From assembly GCA_900617105.1 (NCBI GenBank), contig UYFQ01000260.1:62001-126000 (forward strand): 64,000 nt of DNA. Reading direction: 5' to 3'. Below are positions 1 to 11,721 of this stretch, piece after piece (within the stretch, counting starts at the first letter, position 1; the number at the start of each line of letters is the position of its first letter). The DNA is from Hydrurus foetidus. Its lineage: Eukaryota. The position numbers and the translations under genes are program-made. The notes beneath the pieces are model-generated. The model was not told the DNA's origin and did not search any database. It was given only the letters and a program-made list of their open reading frames with translations.

Positions 1-98
1 GACCTCTTGGCGGAATTTGTGTCCGGGAGGTTCAAGGCCACCGATCTCCCCGGCGAAAACCGGGAGGAGCGGATGAAAATAGTCTGGGGAGTGAACTG

Positions 99-2218
99 AT
101 GCGGTTAGTTGCGATCCTCACCGGCCTATTGCTGCTGACGGCTCCCGTCGCCCATGCCGAGGACGGCCATGACCTGTGGCTGCGCTATCGACCCGTTGAG
201 GCCACGGCGGGCTATGCGCCTGCCGCCATCGCGCCCGTCGCCGACACCCCGACCCTGAAGGTGGCCCGGGCCGAGCTGGAACGCGGTCTCACCGGCCTGA
301 TCGGTGCGCCCGCGGCGCAGGCGGGCCGGGTCATCCTGATCGGCACGCCGGCCAGCTCGCCCGCCATCGCCAGGCTGGCCCTGCCGCTGCAGGCCGCCGG
401 CGACGAGGGCTATCTGATCCGCACCCTCACCGTGGACGGCAAGGCGACCACGGTGATCGCCGCCAACCGCGACGTCGGCGTCCTCTACGGCGTCTACCGC
501 TATCTCTCGCTGATCCAGACCCGCCGGCCTGTGGATAACTTGGACATCGCGTCCGCACCCAAGGTCCGCTTGCGGATGCTCAACCACTGGGACAACCTGG
601 ATCGCAGCGTCGAGCGCGGCTATTCGGGCCAGTCGATCTGGGACTGGTGGAAGCTGCCGGCCTACAGCGCCGACCCGCGCTATGTCGACTATGCCCGCGC
701 CAACGCCTCGATCGGCGTCAACGGCACGGTTCTCAACAACGTCAACGCCAAGTCCCTCAGCCTGACCGCGCCCTGGATCGCCAAGGCCGGGGCCCTGGCT
801 GATGTGTTCCGGCCCTATGGGATCAAGGTCTATCTGTCGGCCCGGTTTCCTCGCCCATCGAGATCGGCGGCCTGAAGACCGCCGATCCGCGCGACCCGGC
901 CGTGAAGGCGTTCTGGAAGGCCAAGGCCGACGAGATCTACAAGGCCATCCCCGACTTCGGCGGCTTCCTCGTGAAAGCCAATTCCGAGGGGCAGCCCGGT
1001 CCGCAGGACTATGGCGCCACCCATGCCGACAGGGCCAACATGCTGGCCGATGCCGTGGGGCCGCACGGCGGCGTCGTGATCTGGCGGGCCTTTGTCTATT
1101 CGCACGAGCAGCCCGACGATCGCGCCAAGCAGGGCTACTCGGAGTTCAAGCCGTTTGACGGCCAGTTCCGCGACAATGTGGTGATCCAGGTCAAGAACGG
1201 CGCGATCGACTTCCAGCCCCGCGAGCCCTTCCACCCGCTGTTCGGCGCCATGCCCAAATCCAACCTCGGCATGGAGTTCCAGATCACCAAGGAATATCTC
1301 GGCTTCGCCACCCACCTGGCCTATCTGGGCCCGATGTACGAGGAGATCCTGCGGGCCGACACCATGGCCAAGGGCAAGGGCTCGACGGTGGCCAAGGTGA
1401 TCGACGGTGCGCTGGACGGCCGCAAGCTGACCGCCATGGCCGGCGTGGCCAACATTGGGGCAGACAGAAGTTGGAGCGGCTCGCACTTCGATCAGGCCAA
1501 CTGGTACGTCTTTGGCCGCCTGGCCTGGGATCCCGAAGCTTCCAGCCGCGATATCGCCGCCGACTGGGCCAGGATGACCTTCAGCAACGACAAGCGCTTC
1601 GTGACGCCGGTCGTCGACATGATGATGAGTTCGCGCGAGACCGTTGTCGACTACATGACGCCGCTGGGCCTGCACCATCAGATGGGCCGCAGCCACCACT
1701 ATGGCCCAGGCCCCTGGGTCAGCGGCGGCGAGCGCGCCGACTGGACCAGCGTCTATTACGCCAAGGCCGGGCCGGGCGGGATCGGCTTTGACCGCACAGC
1801 CAAGGGCAGCAACGCGGTGGCGCAATATGCGGCCCCCGTCGGGGCCTGCTTCGCTGACCTGAAGTGCGTCGACGAGAAGGACCTGCTGTGGTTCCACCAC
1901 CTGCCCTGGGACTATCGCCTGAAGTCGGGCCAGACCCTGTGGGACGGCCTGGTCACCCGCTATTCGCGCGGCGTGGCCGGTGTGGACGCCATGGGCGAGA
2001 CCTGGGGTGACATGGCCCCCTATGTCGATGCCGAGCGCCACGCCCAGGTCACCGCCTTCCTGAAGATCCAGCGCAGCGAGGCCCAGTGGTGGCGTGACGC
2101 CTCGGTGTCCTGGTTCCAGACCTTCTCGCAGCGCCCGCTGCCGGCGGGGGAAAACGCGCCGCCGCTGTCGCTGGAGGCCTATCAGGCGATGAGCTTCCCC
2201 TACGCGCCGGGAATCTGA
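99..2218 (+). CDS. aguA: Alpha-glucuronidase (GH67), signal peptide; frameshift near 850-875
   Basis: ORFs 99-875 and 902-2218 join into one protein with EDGHDLWLRY, RMLNHWDNLD, VERGYSG, GFLVKANSEGQPGP, QVKNGAIDFQPREP, EFQITKEYLG motifs. Confidence 0.93.
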
Positions 2219-2223
2219 TCGGA

Positions 2224-2318
2224 TTCTCCCCTCGTGGGAGACGGTGTCATCCGAAGGATGACGGATGAGAGGTTTCGGCGCGGCCGGGCGACCGCTCATC
2301 CGTCTCGCAAGGGGAGAA
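2224..2318. repeat. Degenerate intergenic palindromic repeat (CTCCCC...GGGGAG type)
   Basis: Ends TTCTCCCC / GGGGAGAA are complementary; similar to 40094-40222. Confidence 0.65.
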
Positions 2319-2402
2319 GGATTGTCCCGCACCGGCGGTTCGCCCGTGCTTTTGCGTCATACCTGTCAGGGCGTCGATGCTGTCGCCGACAGAGGACCTC
2401 GC

Positions 2403-3700
2403 ATGACGCAGAACACCAGAACCGCCCTGGCCGCCGTGCTGCTGGCGCTCGCCGCCGTGCGCCCTGGCCGTGCTGAACGCCCCGAGCCGTGCGGCCATCG
2501 CCGCCCAGCTGGACAGCGACTATCCGGCCCTGGACGCCTCTACAAGGACCTGCACGCCAACCCGGAGCTGGGCTTTCAGGAGACGGCCACCGCCGCCAAA
2601 CTGGCCCGCGAAATGCGCGCCCTGGGTTTCACCGTCACCGAAGGGGTCGGCAAGACCGGCGTGGTGGCGGTGCTGAAGAACGGCGATGGCCGAAATCCTG
2701 GTCCGGACAGAGCTGGACGCCCTCGATGGAGTCAGGCCTGCCTGCGCGCCAGCCGCGCCCGGGGCAGCCTGGAAGAGCGAAGAGGTGTTCGTCGCCCACG
2801 CCTGCGGCCACGACATTCACATGGCCGCCTGGGTCGGAACCGCCCGCGCCTCCTGGCCCTGAAGAGCCAGTGGAAGGGCACTCTGGTCTTTGTCGCCCAG
2901 CCTTCGGAAGAGACCGTCAGCGGCGCGCGGGCCATGCTCGCCGACGGCTTCATCGAGCGGTTCGGCAAGCCCGACCAAGGCTTTACCCTGCATGTGGGCG
3001 GCGGGCCGGCTGGAGAGATCTACTACAAGCCCGGCGTGCTGACCTCGACCTCGGACGGCATCGACTTGACCTTCCATGGGCGCGGCGGCCACGGCTCGAT
3101 GCCCAGCGCCACGATCGACCCGATCCTGATGGCCAGCCGCTTCGGGTGGTCGACGTGCAGAGCGTGATCAGCCGCGAGAGGATCCGGGCCAGTTCGGCGT
3201 GGTGACCATCGGCTCGATCCAGGCCGGCAGCGCCGGCAACATCATTCCCGATCGCGCCCGGCTGGCACGATCCGCACCCAGGACGCCTGGTGCGCGCCAA
3301 AATCCGGCCGGGGTCCAGCGCATCGGTGATCCGTGGTCGCTATGGCCGATGCGCCGCCGGCCGAGTGACCCTGACGCCGGGCGGCAAGGCGGTGGTCAAC
3401 GACGCGGCCCTGACCGAGCAGCACGGCGGTGGTGTTCGCCCGCGGCCTTTGGCGCGAAGGCCGTGCTGCGGCCCGGCTCGGCCAGCGAGGACTATTCGGA
3501 GTTCATCCTGGCCGGCGTGCCGTCGGTCTATTTCGGCATCGGCGGCTTTGATCCGGCCTGGTGGAAGCCGCCCGCAAGGACGACAAGCCCTTGGCGACGA
3601 ACCACTCGCCTTATTTCGCGCCGACGCCCGAGCCGACTATCCGTACGGGCGTCGAGGCCATGACCCTGGTGGTGATGAACGTGGCGTGGGAAGCAGGATC
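2403..3700 (+). CDS. M20 family amidohydrolase with signal peptide, several frameshifts; end approximate
   Basis: Fragments LYKDLHANPELGFQE, GVGKTGVVAVL, HACGHDIH, AQPSEE, GRGGHGSMP, SEDYSEF, NHSPYFAP across frames. Confidence 0.85.
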
Positions 3701-3775
3701 CAACGCTGGTCTCCAACAACTGTTTGACCGGCGTCACCGCGTCCGTAAGCTCCCCGCAAAAGGGAGCAGACGCAC

Positions 3776-4666
3776 ATGGCCAGGGTCGCCGCCAACGGTA
3801 TCGAGATCGAATATGACGTGCATGGCCACGACGACGGCGAGCCGCTGTTGCTGGTCATGGGTCTGGGCCAGCAGCTGACGCGCTGGCCGATGGAGATCGT
3901 CGAGCGCCTGGTGGACGAAGGCTTTCGGGTCGTCCGTTTCGACAACCGCGACATCGGCCTGTCCACCTGGCTCGACGAGGCCGGCGCGCCGGACATGCCG
4001 GCCGTGTTCACGGCCATAGCGGGCGGCCGCAAGCCGGACGTGCCTTACCTGCTCGAAGACATGGCCGACGACGCCGCGGGTCTGCTCGACGCCCTGGGCA
4101 TTGAGCGCGCCCACGTGGCCGGGGTCTCGATGGGCGGCATGATCGGCCAGACCCTGGCGGCGCGACATCCGGCCAGGGTGCTGTCACTGGTCTCGGTGAT
4201 GTCGACCACCGGCAATCCGGCATTGCCGCCGGCGACGCCCGAGGCGCTGGCGATCCTGTATGTCCGCCCCGAGGCGACCGATATCGACAGCCTGACCGAA
4301 CACGCCCTGAAGGCCCAGATCGTCATCCAGAGCCCGGCCTGGCCGGTCGACCCGGCCCTGGAACGTCCCAAGCTGAAGGCCGCCATCGAACGGGCTCACC
4401 ACCCCGTCGGCATGGCGCGCCAGATGTGCGCCGTGATCGGGTCCGGCGACCGCCGCGAGGCCCTGAAGACCATCACGGCGCCGACCATCGTCTTGCATGG
4501 CGACGCCGATCCTCTGGTCCGCCTGGAAGGTGGCAGGGACACCGCCGCGACGATCCCGGGCGCGGAACTGCGGATCATCGAGGGCATGGGCCACGACATG
4601 CCCCAGGGCGTTCACGCCGCCTTCGTCGCGGCGGTGGTCGCGGCGGCGGCGCGGGCAGCGGTCTAG
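3776..4666 (+). CDS. Alpha/beta hydrolase (esterase-like)
   Basis: Intact 296 aa ORF; FDNRDIGLS, GVSMGG nucleophile elbow, HGDADPLV, GMGHD. Confidence 0.9.
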   Translation: MARVAANGIEIEYDVHGHDDGEPLLLVMGLGQQLTRWPMEIVERLVDEGFRVVRFDNRDIGLSTWLDEAGAPDMPAVFTAIAGGRKPDVPYLLEDMADDAAGLLDALGIERAHVAGVSMGGMIGQTLAARHPARVLSLVSVMSTTGNPALPPATPEALAILYVRPEATDIDSLTEHALKAQIVIQSPAWPVDPALERPKLKAAIERAHHPVGMARQMCAVIGSGDRREALKTITAPTIVLHGDADPLVRLEGGRDTAATIPGAELRIIEGMGHDMPQGVHAAFVAAVVAAAARAAV

Positions 4667-4681
4667 GCGCGCTCGCCCCAT

Positions 4682-4717
4682 AAAAAAGCGGCGCATTCCG
4701 GGAGGGGAATGCGCCGC
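4682..4717 (-). terminator. Intrinsic terminator of the minus-strand TBDR transcript
   Basis: 12 bp stem GCGGCGCATTCC/GGAATGCGCCGC next to A6 on the + strand. Confidence 0.85.
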
Positions 4718-4814
4718 GAACATCAGGCGGTCCTGGGAAGGCGAGACGCGCGAAAGGTGGTGAGGGGAGGAAGGCCGCCGCGGCGCGAGAGCACGGCGAC
4801 GGGGTCGGCGAAAC

Positions 4815-7726
4815 CTAGAACTTGCCGCGGATGCCCAGCACGATCTGGCGACCGGGCTGGTAGAAGGTGAAGGCGGCGTTGTCGTACTGGAAGGTGCTGC
4901 GCTGCGGCTCTTCGGTGATGTTGATCACGTCCAGGGTCACGCGCGGCGAGGTCGGCAGGGTCTCGAACTGATAGCTGGCCGACAGGTCCCACTGACCCCG
5001 GGCGTCCGTGCCCAGTTCGGCCAGCGGAATGCCGTTCTGGTTGGGACCCGACGAGATCTGGGCGTCGTTCCAGACATAGGACAGGCGAACCGTCGCGCCG
5101 TGGTTTTCGTAGTAACCGGTGACGTTATAGGCCCAGGGCGAGACGCCCACGGCCTTGGCCGGCGCGCCGTTGCCGCGCGGGTTCTGCTCGACATGGGTGG
5201 CGTTGGCGGTGAAGCCCGCGCCGTCGAGCAGGAAGTCCAGCGGCTGCACCCAGGTGACTTCCTGGCCCTGGATGGTCAGGACGCCATCGGCATTGACCTG
5301 CTGGCTGACCGTGACCGTCGCGGCGCTGGGACCGCCCGGTTGGTGATCGCCTGCTGTTGCAGATTGGTCAGCTGGTCGTAGGGCACGCCCAGTTGCAGGA
5401 ACGGGATGGTGTTGTTGCCGCTGACGGTAAAGCCTGTCAGCTCCTTGCGGAACAGGGCCACGCCCACATAGCCCGCGCCGCCCGTGTACCATTCGCCGCC
5501 GAAGTCGACATTGTTCGACAGATAGGGCTGCAGGTTCGGATTGCCCTGGTTGGCCTGCTGGGCCGACGGGTCGCTGAAGGTGGTGCCCGGCAGCATGGCC
5601 GACGGGTTGGGGCGGGTGATGGTGCGCGAGGCGCTCATCCGCAGGACGATGTCTTCCTTCAGGTTCCAGGCCGCGTTGAACGAGGGCAGCATGCCGTCAT
5701 ACTTGGTGACGCGGCTAAGGAACGAGGTGACGCCGTTCACCGTCTGCGGACCCTGGATGGTCTGCTCGGTGTTGTAGTAGCGCACGCCGCCATTGATCCG
5801 CAGGTCGCGCTCCAGCACCTGGGTGACGCCGTTGAATTCGGCATAGGCGCCGGTGGTCTTCTCGCGGATGAAGCCCGAGGCCGCGCCCGTGGCGGCCGAG
5901 TTGGAGAAGGGGGCCGCCGCGTTGAAGGCGTCATAGTTTGTGGCGTTGAAGAACTTGTCCTTGTCCAGCGTCACGAAGCCCAGCGGGCCGGGGGTGATGT
6001 AGCTGGCCAGGCTGGCCAGCGGGACGGCCGAGCCGGCGCGACCGTCGCACCCGGGGACCGGGGTCGGCGCCGGGCTCTGCGGGGTGACGCCGCCGCCGCC
6101 GCAGGTGAAGGTCTGCCAGCGGCCGCTGTTGTCGATGGCGGTGATCGAGCGGCTGACGTCGTCATAGGCGGCGCCGACCTTGAAGTTCATCGCCTTGTCG
6201 TCGCCAATCGTCAGGTCGAAGTGGGCGCCCTCGGTGGAGGTGACGCGCTTCTCGTTCTGGATGTTGACGCGGCCGCCGGCCCAGACCCAGCCCAAGGCGG
6301 GATCGTTGAGGTTCTTGCTCGGCTTGATCGAGGGGCGATCGCCGCCGTTATTGGCATAGGTCACCGTCAGGCCCTGGCCCAGCGGGCTGTTGAACAGCAC
6401 GGTCGGGGCTTCGCGGAAGAACACCGAACGGCTCCAGTTGACCTGACCGTCCAGCTTCAGCCAGTCGGTCGGCCGCCAGGTGAAGCCGGGGTTGAGGTTC
6501 AGCACCTCGACGTCTTCCTTGTAGGGGCGATATTCCAGGAAGAACTGCGAGTTGAGGAAACTGCCCGAGGTGACGACGTTGTTGGCGTCGACCTTCACGC
6601 CCACGGGGACCATGAAGTTGGAGTTGCGCACCACCCAGTTCATGTCGATCCGCTCAAACTCGCGGCTGGCCTTCGAGTACAGGGTGTCGAGGTAGAAATT
6701 CAGGGCGTCGTTCGAGCCATTCCAGCGAGACGATCAGCGAGTCGCGGTTGCGCTCGCCCGAGCTCCAGCTGTCGCGGCCCAGGCGCGGGATCAGGGCGTC
6801 GCTCAGTTGCGTCAGGCTGGTGCCCGGGTTCAGCGAGGCCAGCAGGGCGGTATCGACCGTCTGGCCGGGCGTCAGACCATTGCCGGTCACGCCGGCCGGG
6901 ACCGTCGAGGCCCAGTTGAAGCCGTTGCCGCCGGTCGTGTTACAGCCGGCGCAGGTCATGTTGGCGTTGGTCCAGCCGATGGTCTCGAAACCCTCGGTGG
7001 TCGACTTGTTGCGGGCGATGGCCACGCCCGCCAGCACGCCGATGTCGCCGACCGGGGTTTCCCAGGTCTTGCTGCCGATCAGCGAGCCGCGCGGGCTGAT
7101 GTCGTCGGCCTGGTTGTTCTTGCCGGCCTGGATCGAATAGGTGAGCTGGCCGGCGGCCTTGTAGTCGAACGGCCGCGCGCTGCGCATGTTGACCACGCCG
7201 GCGACGCCGCCCTCGACCTGACCGGCGGTCGGGGTCTTGTGAACGTCCAGACGGGTGAACAGTTCGGTCGGATAGAGGTCCAGATCGATTTCGCGGTTCT
7301 GGTTCTGGCTGTCGGTGCGGCCCGACGAGGCCACGGCCGCCTGGGCGCCGTTCAGCAGAACCTTGGTGAAGTTGGTGCCCAGGCCGCGGATAGCGACGTT
7401 CAGGCCTTCGCCGTTGATCTCGCGGGTCAGCTGCACGCCGGGAATGCGGTTCAGCGACTCGGCGATATTGGCGTCGGGAACTTGCCGATGTCTTCGGCGA
7501 AGACGGATTCGGTGAACGAGACGCTGTCGCGCTTGGCGTTGGTGGCGTCGGTCAAGCTCTTGCGAAAGCCGGTGACGATCACTTCCTCGACGGTGTCGGG
7601 CGCTGCGGCCGCCCCGCCTGCAGGGGTCTGGGCCTGGGCGGCAAGACCGATGAAAGCGGACGACAGGCAGGTGGCGCCGATCAGGGCCAGGCGACGGCCG
7701 GCATTGTGGCGTGCGGATGAAGGCAT
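4815..7726 (-). CDS. TonB-dependent receptor, at least 3 frameshifts
   Basis: Signal peptide, TonB box DTVEEVIVTG, plug VAIRGLG, GNPNLQPY, C-terminal GRQIVLGIRGKF, over ORFs 7451-7726, 6654-7436, 5276-6643, 4815-5492. Confidence 0.93.
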
Positions 7727-7784
7727 GTTTCTCTCCCCTTGAGACGGCGCTGTACGCGCTCGTTCGTCCTTGGCCGCCCTGTAA

Positions 7785-7798
7785 TGGTAGCGGTCACA
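7785..7798. promoter_or_regulatory. Putative LacI-family (XylR-like) operator
   Basis: TGGTAGCGGTCACA about 60 bp upstream of the TBDR start; similar to 16549-16562. Confidence 0.55.
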
Positions 7799-7999
7799 GG
7801 ATTGCAGAGTTAGGAGGTAAGGCCTTTCGAGTCAATGTGGTCATACCTTAAGGGGCGCGCACCGCCCAACAGGCGTGCAATCCCGTCGCGCCGCCGGCGC
7901 ATGGCAGATAGAGGCCCGCCGGGGACGTTGAACCCGACTGGGGCCGTTAAGGGCAAAGGCTAGAGGTCAGACCTTGTTGCGCCCGCCGGCGCAGCGGGC

Positions 8000-9075
8000 T
8001 CAGGCTGCAGCGGTGCTGAGCGACAAGGCGGCGTCGATCCCGGCATAGAGGCTGTCAGGCGTGACCGGCTTGGTGATGAACCCGTCGGCGCCGGCGACCA
8101 TCGCCTGTTCGCGGTGGTCGGTCGACGCATTGGCCGTCATCATGACGATCGGCGTCGGTGGCCTTTGCATCGCCGCTTCCCAGCGACGGATGCTGGCTGT
8201 GGCCGACAGGCCGTCCATCACCGGCATCTGCATGTCCATCAGGACAACGTCGAACTGCGACTCGCTGAACTTCTCAAAGGCTTCGGCCCCGTTCTCGGCC
8301 ATCACCAGCTCGACCTTGTGCGGCTCTAGCAGCAGCTCGACGACCCGGCGATTGACGGGATGATCTTCGGCCAGCAGGACGCGAAGATGCTGATCCATGC
8401 GCAGCGCCGGAGCGCCCTGTTCAGGGGCGGCCGCCGCCGGCGCCTCGGCGCGGCGCAGGGGCAGGCTGAAGGCAAAGCTGCTGCCGCCTTCGGGGCGCGC
8501 CCGCGCCTCGATCTCGCCGCCCATCAGGATCACCAGGGTCTTGCAGATCGCCAGGCCCAGTCCGGTGCCGCCAAAGCGCCGCGTGACGGTGTCGTCGCCC
8601 TGCACGAAGCGCTCGAACAGCCGGGGCAGCACGTCCGGGTCAGGCCGATGCCGGTATCGTTGACGGTGACCTTCAGCCGGCAGGCTTCCGCCGCGAGGGT
8701 CTCGACCTCGACAATCAGGCTGACGCCGCCGCTGTCGGTGAACTTGATGGCATTGGCCGTCAGATTGGCGACCACCTGTCGCAACCGCAGGACGTCGCCC
8801 AGGAAGAAGCCGTTGGCCTCCGGCGAAAAGGCGACATCAAAGGCGATGCCCTTGCCGTCGGCGCGCAGGCGCATCAGGTCGGTGCAGGTGTGGATCTCGG
8901 CCACAAGATCGAAGGGCGCGATCTCCAACTCCATGCGCGAGGCCTCGATCTTGGCGATGTCGAGCAGGTCGTTGAGGATGCGCTCCAGCGACTCGCCCGA
9001 GTGAACGATGATGTCCACCATCTCGCGCTGGCGGTCGGGCATGTTGAGGCGCGACAGGGCCTTGGCCAGGGCGAT

Positions 9076-9108
<33 letters not shown>

Positions 9109-10107
9109 GACATTGGCCAGGAAGGTCGATTTGGCTGCGCTGGCCCGCTCGGCGGCGGCGAGCGCTTCGATCAGAGCGACCTCCTGACGCTTCAGCTGGG
9201 TGATGTCGACGAAGGTGGTCAGGGTCTGGGCGGGGGTGGGGTCGTCGCCCTCGAAGATCGGCAGGGAATTGACGTTCAACCAGCGCTGGTCGCGGTTGGG
9301 CAGTTTGACGCCCAGCATGAAATCCAGAACCGGCTTGCCCGTGCTCAGGCACTGCATCGAAGGCTGCTGGTCGACGGTCATGGGCGCGCCATCGGCCGTG
9401 ACCAGGCTCCAGTCGCGATCCGCCGAGGACCGGCCGGCCAGCTGGTCGCTGTTCATGCCCAGCAGCACTGCGGCATGGGCGTTGTGCTCGACAATGATGC
9501 TGGCCTTGTCCTGCAGCACCACCCCTTCGCGCATGGCGGCGATGATGGTCCGATAGCGCTGGTCGCTTCGACGCAAGTCCTCGAGCGTCTGGATCTGGGC
9601 GACGGCGACCCGGGCGCCGGCCCGGGTTTCGATCATGGTCATGGCGACGCGCGACAGGCGTTCCAGGCAGCGCAACTCGCGCGGCGTCCAGCGCTTGGGC
9701 CGGGTGTCGATGGCGCAAAGCGTGCCGATCCGCAGACCATCGACCGTGGTCAGGGGCGCGCCGGCATAGGCCTGAATGCCCAGCGCTCCGGTGACCAGGG
9801 GATTGTCCTGAAAGCGGGGGTCCTGGGTCGCATCCTCGACCACGAACAGCGCCGGCGTCTGGATGGCGTGGTGACAGAAGGCCACGTCGCGCGGGGTTTC
9901 CTGAGCGTCGACTCCGACCCGCGCCTTGAACCACTGGCGGTCAGTGTCGACCAGGGAAATCAGGGAGATCGGCGTGTCGCAGGTCTCGGAGACCTCGGCG
10001 ACCAGGTCGTTGAAGCCGTCTTCATCGAGGCTGTCGAGAATGTCCAACGCCCAGAGGGCCGCGAGACGCCGCCGTTCAAGGTCTGGTGCGGTATCGAGAA
10101 TCAACAT
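8000..10107 (-). CDS. Soluble hybrid histidine kinase GAF-PAS-HisKA-HATPase-REC; frameshift near 8635
   Basis: RQWFKA/AFCHHAI GAF, FLANVSHEIRTPLNG H-box, NAIKFT, GGTGLGL, REC VLMDMQMPVMDG. Confidence 0.92.
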
Positions 10108-10211
10108 GCTGCGCCCCCGCCTGATTCAGCGTCTGGACCATGCACGCATGGACTGGACGTTTCAATGAAGGGCGGCGGGGCGAAATGACACAGGGCGCAG
10201 GCTTGCCGGCC

Positions 10212-11721
10212 TCACCCCATCGCGTCGCAGTTGGCCTTGATAAACTCGAAATGCCCCGGCATCACCTCGGCCGACTTGGCGATCACCGACTTGATGTCGG
10301 CCATGCGCCGGACCAGTTCCTCGTCACTCATCACGTCGACCATCGGGTCATAGCCCTTGGGCAGCATGCCCTGGCCGACCATGACCGCAAACCACGAGGT
10401 GTCGTTGAACAGCTCGTCGTTCTCGCGGAAGATCCGGCCATAGCTTTCGAACATGGCGATCTTGTCGGTCAGATAGTCGGGGACGCTCATCTCCCGCAGA
10501 TAGTCCCAGTAGGGCGTGTCATTCCGCTGGGTGGCCTTGAAATGCAGGATGATGAAGTCGCGGATCTTCTCGTACTCAAAGGCCATCACCCGGTTGTAGC
10601 GGTCGATGTCGGGCTGGCGGAAATCGCGATCGGGGAACATGGCCAGCAGGCGGGCGATGCCCACCTGAATCAGGTGGATCGACTGGCTTTCCAGCGGCTC
10701 CATGAAGCCCGCCGCCAGGCCGATGGCGACGACGTTCTTGTTCCAGCTCTTCTTGCGGCGGCCGGCGGTGAAGCGGATCTGGTTGGGCGCGGCCAGGGGT
10801 TCGCCGTCCAGATGGGCCAGCAGATAGGCTGTGGCCTCGTCCTCGCTGATATGGGCGCTGGAATAGGCATAGCCGTTGCCCAGCCGGTGCTGCAGCGGGA
10901 TGCGCCATTGCCAGCCGGCCGGGCGGGCGGTGGCGCGGGTGACCGGAGCGTTTGACCCGCCAAGGGTGCAGGGCACAGCGACGGCGCGGTCATTGAGCAG
11001 CCAGTGCGACCAGTCCTCATAGCCCGTCTGCAGGGTCTGCTCGATCAGCAGGCCGCGGAAGCCCGAGCAGTCGATGAACAGGTCGCCCTCGATGATCTCG
11101 CCGCTGTCCAGGGTGACCGAGGTGACGAAGCCGGTCAGGCCGTCCTGCTGCACCGTGGTGATCTTGCCCTCCCGCCGCACGATCCCGCGCGCCTCGGCAT
11201 AGTCCCGCAGAAAGCGGGCATAGAGGCCGGCATCGAACTGGAAGGCATAGGCGATCGCGCCCAGCGGCGAATTGGCCTGTCCGTTGGGACGCATGAACCG
11301 GTTCTGCCGGGCCGCGACGGCATTGAGCGAATAGGCCCCAAGGTCTGGCTCCAGGCCCTGGCCGTGCAGCTTGAGCCAGTAGGCGTGGAACGAGACGGCT
11401 TCCAGGTCGACGCCATAGGGGCCGAACGGATGGTGATAGCTGTGGCCGATCGCCTTCCAGTCGACGAACTCGATGGCCAGCTTGAAGGTGGCCTTGGTCT
11501 TGCGGACGAAGTCGTTCTCGTCGAGGCCCAGCATGCGGTTGAAGATATTGATCTGCGGGATGGTCGACTCGCCGACCCCACGGTGCCGATGGCCTCGGAT
11601 TCACGGTCACCTTCGTCTGACCGTCGCGGGTCAGGAAGCGGCCCAGGGCGGCGGCGGTCATCCAGCCGGCGGTGCCGCCGCCGACGATGACGACCTTGCG
11701 GAGACGGTTGACGCTGGTCAT
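10212..11721 (-). CDS. Tryptophan halogenase family protein (4th in operon); frameshift near 11580-11600
   Basis: [38 protein letters not shown]. Confidence 0.92.

Noticed and set aside
530..538. DnaA box TGTGGATAA as a sign of a replication origin
   Set aside because: Isolated and inside aguA, with no origin context
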